The translations under genes were made by a program, and so were the position numbers. Positions 1 through 7,370 of a stretch of DNA of 37,972 nt are shown here, in pieces; the stretch's first letter is position 1, and each line of letters begins with the position of its first letter. Where the stretch lies: NCBI GenBank assembly GCA_001275005.1, contig JWZX01002966.1, positions 1-37,972 of the forward strand. Direction: 5' to 3'. This DNA is from Chrysochromulina tobinii (lineage: Eukaryota). Under the pieces are notes generated by a model. The model was given only the letters and a program-made list of their open reading frames with translations. It searched no databases and was not told the origin of the DNA.

Positions 1-441
1 AACGTAAGCCGCGCAAGGCCAGCATAGCCACCTTTGCCAACTCGCCCGCGGCGTGTGGCCCTAGCGGCTGAGGGACCTAAGGGCCGGTGCAAAGTGACGC
101 GAGCGAGAGAGGCCGCGTGGCCGCTCGCTCGTGTCGTCGCTGGCCTGCAAGCACGATCAGCCAAGCTCACGCTCCTGCGCGAGATGTGCGCGGAAGCGGC
201 CATGAAGGCGCCGGGCCCGACCCCAAAGGGGCAGCTCGCTGTGCCTGAGCGACTGAGCCTTGAGCATCGACAGAGCAACTCTTAATCATGTTTGCGATCC
301 CGCGCGCAGGAGAATGAGACAGACATGATCGTGCGCTGCGGATAGAGGTAGACGCTCGAGCGTTGTATTGAGCATTCACATGTGTTTATCTCTTCTTGCG
401 AACGAGCCGGGACCTAACCGTAATCTGACGCAGAAGCAACC

Positions 442-1266
442 ATGCCAACCGCGTCTTTTGGCGTGCATCGCGTGCGTGGCAATGGCTGGGTCCCCTTTGC
501 CTCTGTCAAAATTGCGACACGATCTCTGCCCGCGCACATCGATTTGAGCGGACGCCGATCCTGCCCTGGCATCGCGACTGGTGTAAAGATCAAGTTGCCA
601 CCGTCCTTTCGTCCACCTCGGCCGCCAGACGTGGTACTCCCGTGGGCAGTGATGCTGCGGCATCTTCGCGATTATCACGCGCGCGAGGGTCACACCAACG
701 TGCCGCTTGAATACGAGTTCGTCGAGAAGGACGAGCTCGGCTATGAGGTGGATGGTCGGCGCATCCGATTGGGCGTTTGGCTGAGCAAGCAGTGGACCGA
801 GTGGCAGGCCAAGCGGCTTGCTCATCAGCGCACTGAGCGGCTTGCTGATGCGGGCGTCGATTGGGACGGACCGGCGCCGCCAGCAAGCGGCCTAGTGGGA
901 CCGAAATACAATGAAAGGAAATGGGACGTCGACAGAGAGGAGCAGCTAGCCGCCATCAATCCACGCCTCGCATTCGACGCATCGACGCCCGCGCACCAGA
1001 AGTGGATCGAGTACGAAGCGGGGCGAGATCCGCACACGCGACGATGGCGTAAGGAGCATGGGATTGTCACCACGCGGCCGAGGAGTGCTGGGCCGCACAC
1101 CCGCGCTCCTCTCACCATCGAGCAGTATGGCAGCGGGCCGGGCGCAGGCGTTCGAGCACGAGGGGTACCCCCCAGCCTCGGGCTGCAACTGTACGAGGCT
1201 GCGCGTAAGCTGACGGCCGAGCGTGCGAAGAGTAGGCAGCCTGGCGCTGTGACGATCCATCCGTAG
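442..1266 (+). CDS. Helicase-associated (HA) domain-containing protein, no helicase core visible
   Basis: 274-aa ATG ORF. WAVMLRHLRDYHAREGHTNVP...RLGVWLSKQWTEWQAKRLAHQRTERLADAGVDWD (~640-865) matches the HA pattern W..M...L..Y....GH..VP...LG.W...QR......L...R...L...G..W. Confidence 0.75.
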   Translation: MPTASFGVHRVRGNGWVPFASVKIATRSLPAHIDLSGRRSCPGIATGVKIKLPPSFRPPRPPDVVLPWAVMLRHLRDYHAREGHTNVPLEYEFVEKDELGYEVDGRRIRLGVWLSKQWTEWQAKRLAHQRTERLADAGVDWDGPAPPASGLVGPKYNERKWDVDREEQLAAINPRLAFDASTPAHQKWIEYEAGRDPHTRRWRKEHGIVTTRPRSAGPHTRAPLTIEQYGSGPGAGVRARGVPPSLGLQLYEAARKLTAERAKSRQPGAVTIHP

Positions 1267-1579
1267 GTCAGTAGGTGTTTCTTGATCAAGTGCGTCACGA
1301 TCGCTACATGTGCAACGCTAGCCGTTCCGTAGTCGTGAACGTTGAAGCCGCGTTACCTCCATGCGGAAGGTACGCGGTAGGTAACTTACGTAGTGTTTCG
1401 GGGCACGGGGGGGTGAAACGTGAACCGACGTGCGCTAGAGAGACGATATACGTGATCACCGATATACCCCTAGTAGCCACTAGTGAATACCGCGCTGGCG
1501 GTCGGGTGTTCCCTGCGCAGAGAGCCTGAGACCGGCAAGCCGGAAGAGTACGGTACAGTACCGGCGCTCTCCGCTCGTC

Positions 1580-4500
1580 TCACAGAAGGCCGCCGCTGGG
1601 CAGCCTCCAGCCGCCGCACTCTGTGTCTTCGAGTACGAGCTCCAGCAGACGCCGCGTCACTTCCCGCTTGGTCGAGAGCCGACTCACCGTGATTGCGACC
1701 CCGAGGCTGGCTGCAGGGATTGCGAATCCTACCGTGCCCCCAAGGCCGCGGTGGCCAAGGACGGTGGTCACGCCTGGCGAGGCGACGCCACTGCTGAGCT
1801 CGTCACTCATGCTCCTGATCGAACCGACTTGCATGCCCAGACCCCACTGCACAGGCTCGTCATCCAGCCAGCCGGCCGTTGGATCCGCGACCAGCCGGCG
1901 GCGGAGGGCCTCGTTCTTGCCGAGGGTGCGCCCACTTGCCAAGGCGGCGTAGAAGTTGGCGAGCGCGCGCGCCGAACCGAGCATCGCGCAGCCCGGCACG
2001 CCAGCCTCACGCACAGCGGCCGAGTTGAATGTCGCCGGGTTCATGAGCTGGGCAGGGCCTTGGAATCGTTCCCAGTCAATGGAGCCCGCGCTCACCGCAA
2101 ATGGATCGTTGGGGTCCGGAGGTCCTGAGCCGCTCGGAGTGCCCGCACTGACAGCGGGCTCATCGGGTGGCGAGGCGCTGCCCGCAAAGCCTTCCAAATT
2201 GGACATGTCGAGTTGAAGTTCCTGCATGAGCGTAGCGATCGAATGGCGTGCAACCTGCGCGGCCTCCTCTGGCGCCACCTTGAGACGCAGCTCGTGCCCG
2301 AGCTCCAGCGGCGTGCAGACGAGATCGGCGAGCAGGGCGTGCACGTCCGATCCACCGCTTGCCGCGCGCAGTAGCCCACTGAGCACCCAGCCCCAAGGGG
2401 CGCCTTCAAACTCACCAGTCGGTGCGCGCGCGCCAGCAGCACCGCCGCCAGTAGCGCCGTCGTGAGCAGCTGTAGCCACCGCCGCCGCTGCCGCTGCTGC
2501 TGCGCCGTCCAGGCTGGCAGCCGCCACGTACGCTTCCATCGCGGGTAGCTCGAGCAGCTGCCGGAGCCGCGCACGCTTGGGCATGAGCGCCGTCTTCGCG
2601 CCAGGGAGGCCGTGGCGAAGGAGCTGGGCGACGGTGAGGGCGCCCTTGCCACCAGCACTGAAGCCCGGCCACGTGGCGCTAATGGTCTCGTCGAGGCTGA
2701 GAACGCCACGCTCCACCTGAAGCAACACGAGCGCGGCGAGACACGGCGCGCCCGCCTGAAAGAGTTGGAACAGCGTGTTCGGCACAACGGGGCGCGGGTC
2801 GACAGGGCCCATGCGCCCCGCCGCCGCGTCCACGAGCGTGTGGCCGGACCGCACTACGCACACCTGGGCGCCGAGCAGCTCTCCCGAGTCGGAGAAGGCG
2901 TGAAGTAGCCTCAGCGTACGCTCGTGCAGGCTCGCCTTGGGCGCTGGGCGCAGAGTCGCCTTCAACGACGATGAGGCCGACCGAAACGACGACGGCTGAC
3001 CAACATGTAACCACCGTTGGCCAGCCGTTGCCGTGGTCGTGAGCGCCGTCGTGAGCAGCTGCGACGCCGCGTCCGCGAGGAGCGTTGCAGCGGCATGCTG
3101 TGCCATCGGGCGCATGAAAGGTACAGCGACCTCTAGGCGAGTGCATAGGCCTTGCAGCATCTCAAGCGCGCGGACGAAGAAGATGACCACGCCCGGCAGA
3201 GCCTCGACCGGCGGCTTCAGCCCCTGCTGCACGTGCTGTTTCGCCTCCTGAGAGTAGACCTTCTGACGTCGCATGTCATCCTCGAGCTTCTGGTTGAACT
3301 GATCGCGCGCTTCCTGTGCGTCCGCGCGGCTCTCGCGAAAGAGGAAGAGCAGGTCGCGGAAGACCTCGGTGGGCTCGATCTCCGCGGCGTTCATCACGAA
3401 GCCGAGCGCGAGCAGTGCGTGCAGCAGCAAGTCGCCATCGGGCTCCTCAAGCGAGTGGACCATCTGGCATAAGGCAATGCGCTCAGCGTAGTCGAGCCGC
3501 TTGCACAGCCCAAAATCAAGGAGCACGGGCACCGGACCGAGCTGCGGATCCAGATGCACGAGGAGGTTGCCCGCATGCGCATCCGCGTTGAAGCAGCCGT
3601 CACGGAACATCATAGCCGCCCACGCCTCGCACACGCGCATCACGAGCGTCTCGCAATGGACGCCCAGCCGGCGTAGCTCCGCGCCGTCCTTGAGGCTGTG
3701 CCCCTCGCAGAATTCCATCACGAGCACCCGCTCGTTCGTGAGCTCCTCAACCAGCTCGGGCACGGTGACCGGCACGCGCCCACCCTTGCCGAAGTTGCGG
3801 CGCACGTCGACGAGATTGGCGCGTTCCTGCCCAAAGTCGAGCTCCTTCTTGTGCTCCACGTTGATCTCCTTGATGATGGGCGCGAAGTCAAAGGTGGGCT
3901 CGAGCAGCGCGAGGAAGTAAGCGAGCACCTCCGACTGCGCCAGGTCCTGGAGCATCACCGGCGCGATGTCCCGATGCTGCACCTTCACCGCGACCTTGCG
4001 CGGCGGCGCTCCGCCGGGGCTCCTCAGCCAGCCGACGTGCACCTGCGCGATCGAGCCGCATGAGAGGCACGTGGGCTCGAGTGCCTCGAGCTGATCGGCT
4101 CCCGACGGGCCCCATGCCTCGGTGAGCGTGGCGAGCACCTCGGGGAGAGGCCTGGGCTCGTTCCGATCGAGGAGTGTGCTCAAGTGGCGCACTAGCGCCT
4201 CGGGCACGAGGTCGGAGCGGCTGGCAAGGTACTGGCCAAGCTTGAGGTAGAACCCGCCCAGTTTCGAGATGCGCCGGCAGAGGAGCGCCCCCAGCCATTC
4301 GTTAAAGGCCGCCATCGTCGCCGCGCGCGCTGCGGCCGACGCCTTGCGGCAGCGCCACAGTGTCACATACTTGTACTGGATCGCGATGTGAGCAAACAGT
4401 GCCGCCACGGCTACATAGCGTCGGAGCAGTTGGATGCGCCGCATCAGGGCGGGCGGGATCAGGGCACTGAACAGGGTGATGAGCGCGGTCGACACCACCA

Positions 4501-5641
4501 GCGCAGCAGCGAGCTGCGCCATGCGGCCCGTCAGCCCCATGCCAAGTGACACAGCGAGTGCTCCGACGCACGCTGCCCACGCGCGTTGGGAGCTTGCTGA
4601 GCTCGACTCGAGAGCCACGAGCGCCGACGCCTGTGCCTCGAGCCGCCCACGCAGCAGCAATGTCGAGAACCGTTCGGCGCGCAAGGCGGCGCTGGCAGCG
4701 TCGCGTCCGAGGTCGTCGGAGAGCTCTGGTGGCTCCTCCATGCCAAGAGACGAGCGGAGCGACGTTCTTGGTGATGAGAGGCCTGAGATGGAGGTGGTCT
4801 TATTGTTCGCGGTGGTCTTGTTGGCGGCGAGTGTGGTTGCCCAGGCCGTGGTGACGGCACTGGCAATAGGCGGTTGGTGCATGGCCGCATCATCGAGAAA
4901 GGCGAGCAGGCAGCGCGGACCTAGCCCTGCCTGCGGCGAACACGGCACGCGCTGCAGCACGGCCCGAAGATACTCTTCTATCTGCGCCGGCCGCTTGCGC
5001 AGCAGTTCGAGCGAGCCCGACCGTCGCATGTACGCTCGGGGCAACAGGGGCAGTGGGCGTTCATCGCCGCGGAGCAGGTGCTCGGTCTCATGACGGAGGC
5101 TGTCTTGCAGCGCACGCAGCTGGCTCCATCGGCGCACGACCATCCACGCAGCCGCCCCCTCGGAGATGCGGAGGGTGTAGACGCCGTGGCCGCCCTCTGG
5201 ATGGACCGCTGCATGAGTGACCCGCACCTGGACCGCCGACGGTGCTGGGGACGAGCTCTCGAAGCTCCGCAGCCAAGACTCCAGGCTGGTGCCCAGCCGG
5301 CGAAACCGGGTGAGGTTTCCGCGCTCCAGCACCACTTTTTTCTGCATGAAGGCCTTCACAACAGCCAGGCGTCCATCGGCAAGGTCGAACAGCGTGCCCA
5401 TGGAGACGCGGAGGCGTGCTTCTGCTTGGACTCGGGTTGTGGCAGGCGAACTCGCCGAGCGACGGACAAGTCGCTCTGTCACGCCGTCACGTAAATCCAC
5501 CAAGATTTGGTGCTCCTCAACCGCCTCCGTGTCAGCCACGATGATTTCGATGACCATGGCTGCTTCGCCGAGGGATGGCAATTCTTGAAGGCGGGCTGCC
5601 GCAGTGGACAGCCATGCGTCGAGCGAGGCAGAGGTAGCCAT
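1580..5641 (-). CDS. ABC1/UbiB (ADCK) atypical kinase fused to N-terminal SCP2 and PX domains and a C-terminal beta-lactamase-like domain
   Basis: Uninterrupted ORF (track 1580..5728; first ATG at 5641). ABC1 motifs: LKLGQ (KxGQ), SIAQVH, VAVKVQH, ELDF..E..N, LVMEF, NADAHAGN, LDFG. SCP2-like: LRVSMGTLFDLADGRL..VKAFMQKKVVLERG. PX-like: VYTL....W.V.RRWSQLRAL...LP.LP...R...IEEYL. Lactamase-like: GAQVCV, LSLDETI...WPGF...GK..LTVAQLLRH, GHRGLGG. Confidence 0.9.
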   Translation of the reverse strand: MATSASLDAWLSTAAARLQELPSLGEAAMVIEIIVADTEAVEEHQILVDLRDGVTERLVRRSASSPATTRVQAEARLRVSMGTLFDLADGRLAVVKAFMQKKVVLERGNLTRFRRLGTSLESWLRSFESSSPAPSAVQVRVTHAAVHPEGGHGVYTLRISEGAAAWMVVRRWSQLRALQDSLRHETEHLLRGDERPLPLLPRAYMRRSGSLELLRKRPAQIEEYLRAVLQRVPCSPQAGLGPRCLLAFLDDAAMHQPPIASAVTTAWATTLAANKTTANNKTTSISGLSSPRTSLRSSLGMEEPPELSDDLGRDAASAALRAERFSTLLLRGRLEAQASALVALESSSASSQRAWAACVGALAVSLGMGLTGRMAQLAAALVVSTALITLFSALIPPALMRRIQLLRRYVAVAALFAHIAIQYKYVTLWRCRKASAAARAATMAAFNEWLGALLCRRISKLGGFYLKLGQYLASRSDLVPEALVRHLSTLLDRNEPRPLPEVLATLTEAWGPSGADQLEALEPTCLSCGSIAQVHVGWLRSPGGAPPRKVAVKVQHRDIAPVMLQDLAQSEVLAYFLALLEPTFDFAPIIKEINVEHKKELDFGQERANLVDVRRNFGKGGRVPVTVPELVEELTNERVLVMEFCEGHSLKDGAELRRLGVHCETLVMRVCEAWAAMMFRDGCFNADAHAGNLLVHLDPQLGPVPVLLDFGLCKRLDYAERIALCQMVHSLEEPDGDLLLHALLALGFVMNAAEIEPTEVFRDLLFLFRESRADAQEARDQFNQKLEDDMRRQKVYSQEAKQHVQQGLKPPVEALPGVVIFFVRALEMLQGLCTRLEVAVPFMRPMAQHAAATLLADAASQLLTTALTTTATAGQRWLHVGQPSSFRSASSSLKATLRPAPKASLHERTLRLLHAFSDSGELLGAQVCVVRSGHTLVDAAAGRMGPVDPRPVVPNTLFQLFQAGAPCLAALVLLQVERGVLSLDETISATWPGFSAGGKGALTVAQLLRHGLPGAKTALMPKRARLRQLLELPAMEAYVAAASLDGAAAAAAAAVATAAHDGATGGGAAGARAPTGEFEGAPWGWVLSGLLRAASGGSDVHALLADLVCTPLELGHELRLKVAPEEAAQVARHSIATLMQELQLDMSNLEGFAGSASPPDEPAVSAGTPSGSGPPDPNDPFAVSAGSIDWERFQGPAQLMNPATFNSAAVREAGVPGCAMLGSARALANFYAALASGRTLGKNEALRRRLVADPTAGWLDDEPVQWGLGMQVGSIRSMSDELSSGVASPGVTTVLGHRGLGGTVGFAIPAASLGVAITVSRLSTKREVTRRLLELVLEDTECGGWRLPSGGLL

Positions 5642-6054
5642 GTAAGTTTGCCACGAAATTTCCGAATCACAGCTTCCGAGAACGGAAGGGTAGCTTTTCA
5701 CAGCCAATGGTAACAATTCGACACCCAAGACACCGGACCGGCGTTTTCACACAAACTGAGCGATCTTGTCGCAGAGCTCCCCTGACTCTTTTGTGATAGT
5801 TTTCGACTCATGAATTTCATACATGCTTCACTGGTGTACTGGTTCTGGTACTGTACTTGAGTACAGTAGCTACGTTCGTAGTCGTCGTAGATGAGTTTTC
5901 GTGTACGTACGCTATGTTTTGAGTACCGATATGACGTTTGAAGCCCGAATGGTCCGCGTCTCTCTCTCTGTTCGTCCTCTGACGCCGGTGAGTGAGTAGC
6001 TGTAGGACCGGGTAGCTGACTGACTTTTTGACACGAAGGGACTGCGTGGCGTTT

Positions 6055-6948
6055 TTATCGAGGAGCGTATTTACTGTGGCGCTGCTTCCATGCCTCCTTA
6101 TATGTTTGACCTGTTGGGCCGATGCGCAACTCCGGGTGCGCCTTGCGAAGCGCGGCGACCAGCTTAGCCTTCTCTTCCTCGGCAGTCAGCTTTTGAGGTG
6201 GCTCGAACAAAATGTAGGTCATCGAGGCCCCGCCTGGTGGCGGTCGATAGCCATGGTACTTGTCAGGCCGAAACTCGGTGCAGGCCTTGAGGCGCAGCCC
6301 GGCTATGTTGGCAATCTCGACGAGTTTCCACGTCGCCGCCTCCGCCGTGTGCGTGGTCACGTGGAGCTCGCCTGTGGCTTCCTTGAGCAACCGGCCGCTC
6401 AGCACAGACTTGAAGAGCCCCCGAAGCAGCGACTGATGCACTTCGACGCTGCTGTTGCTGGTGCTGCTGCAGCTGTCCGTGGCGGGAAAGTTGAAGACCA
6501 CTTTGTCAAACCCCTTCTTACCACCCACCGCGCTCGTATCAAGGGCGGTCGCGTCCACCTTGAATACGAGTTTCCCACCAAAAGCCTTGACCGTCTCGAG
6601 GTTGTCCTCTGCCTCCGGGTAGCTTGCGAGTGTACTCGACTCGCTTGCCAGAGAGGTGGCGGTGAGCTTTGGGCACTGCCCCCAACCGAGCGCCAGTGCG
6701 GCCGCGAATCCGAAGTCGCCCTCCCCAAGAAGCAGGATGCGCTCGCCGTCGCCGAGGGCGTTGCAGCTGCTTGCTGCCGCTGCACTCTGGATGGGCCGTT
6801 GAGTATCCGTCAAGTGCACAGATTGAGGCCTCCGTTTTTTGGCCTTTGTTTTTTGGCGCGATATGCCGCCGTGCGAATGCGCGCCCTTTGCCCGACTCTG
6901 TGCGTGCTCGCCGGCCCGGCCAGGGCCTCCGCGGCGGCCCTTCACCAT
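6055..6948 (-). CDS. 25S rRNA (uridine-N3)-methyltransferase BMT5-like / DUF2431 domain protein
   Basis: RILLLGEGDFGFAAALA, LTATSL, VDATAL, FDKVVFNFP, LLRGLFKS, GELHVT, W.LVEIA...GL.L....F....Y.GY are typical DUF2431 motifs. Basic N-terminus. First ATG at 6948 (the ORF track starts at TTG 7032). Confidence 0.85.
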   Translation of the reverse strand: MVKGRRGGPGRAGEHAQSRAKGAHSHGGISRQKTKAKKRRPQSVHLTDTQRPIQSAAAASSCNALGDGERILLLGEGDFGFAAALALGWGQCPKLTATSLASESSTLASYPEAEDNLETVKAFGGKLVFKVDATALDTSAVGGKKGFDKVVFNFPATDSCSSTSNSSVEVHQSLLRGLFKSVLSGRLLKEATGELHVTTHTAEAATWKLVEIANIAGLRLKACTEFRPDKYHGYRPPPGGASMTYILFEPPQKLTAEEEKAKLVAALRKAHPELRIGPTGQTYKEAWKQRHSKYAPR

Positions 6949-7029
6949 GGATTCGGCTCTTGAACTCCGTGTAGGCTCGGCTTTTTGCCTCGTCGCCTCG
7001 AGCTTTCTCGCGGTAGAAGCGCGGTATAC

Positions 7030-7063
7030 CAAGTCAAGTCAAGTCAAGTCAAGTCAAGTCAAG
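7030..7063. repeat. (CAAGT)n / (TTGAC)n pentanucleotide microsatellite, about 6.8 units
   Basis: Perfect caagtcaagtcaagtcaagtcaagtcaagtcaag read directly. Confidence 0.95.
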
Positions 7064-7266
7064 CACCCCCGGGGAAGCGCTTGAAAGCGCCGCAGTACAG
7101 TGTGGTCCTGTTTTAACTTCACACACCTCTTGCCAGGAGTCATGCAAACGCGCCCCCTCGGAGACGCGCTTGCAGTCGATGAGCGCCGCTGTACTGTGTG
7201 GTCCTGTTTGTACTTAAGACACACACAGTTTCCATCACTCAACACCATTGCCATATCAGGCAAGTC
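7030..7266 (-). mobile_element. Putative non-LTR retroposon (LINE/SINE) 3'-end relic: two diverged tandem units ending in (TTGAC)n
   Basis: agcgccgcagtacagtgtggtcctgttttaactt..cacacac (7086-7126) recurs as agcgccgctgtactgtgtggtcctgtttgtactt..cacacac (7182-7226). On the minus strand each unit ends in a GCGCT..AGCGC hairpin, a G-run and a TTGAC-like tail. CAAGTC recurs at 7261-7266. The repeat is observed; mobile origin is inference. Confidence 0.4.
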
Positions 7267-7370
7267 TTCTTTCCGGTGCGAGACGCTCGTGGGGAGTCTT
7301 GCGTGGGCTCGACACCCTCTTCTGCAACACCCTCCTCACCCTCGGGCCTCGTGTCGCCCTCGGCTCCCCG

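Noticed and set aside
1..285. 3' end of an upstream gene or the 83-aa ORF 34..285
   Set aside because: No ATG start with a recognisable domain; cannot be supported from this window.
1580..2935. Antibiotic-resistance beta-lactamase or bacterial contamination
   Set aside because: Catalytic SxxK is absent, the domain is fused to a eukaryote-type PX/ABC1 protein, and other genes in the window have spliceosomal introns.
5849..5868. Perfect 9-bp hairpin tactgtact-tg-agtacagta
   Set aside because: Short palindrome in low-complexity intergenic DNA; no function assignable.
6028..6963. Long antisense or alternative-frame ORFs (also 9501..10709, 22419..23348, 31834..33033, 37123..37935)
   Set aside because: Shadows of real genes on the opposite strand or GC-rich non-coding DNA; no domain motifs.
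7030..7226. CRISPR-like repeat-spacer or hammerhead ribozyme
   Set aside because: Only two diverged units, no cas genes, eukaryotic context; no CUGANGA...GAAA core found.
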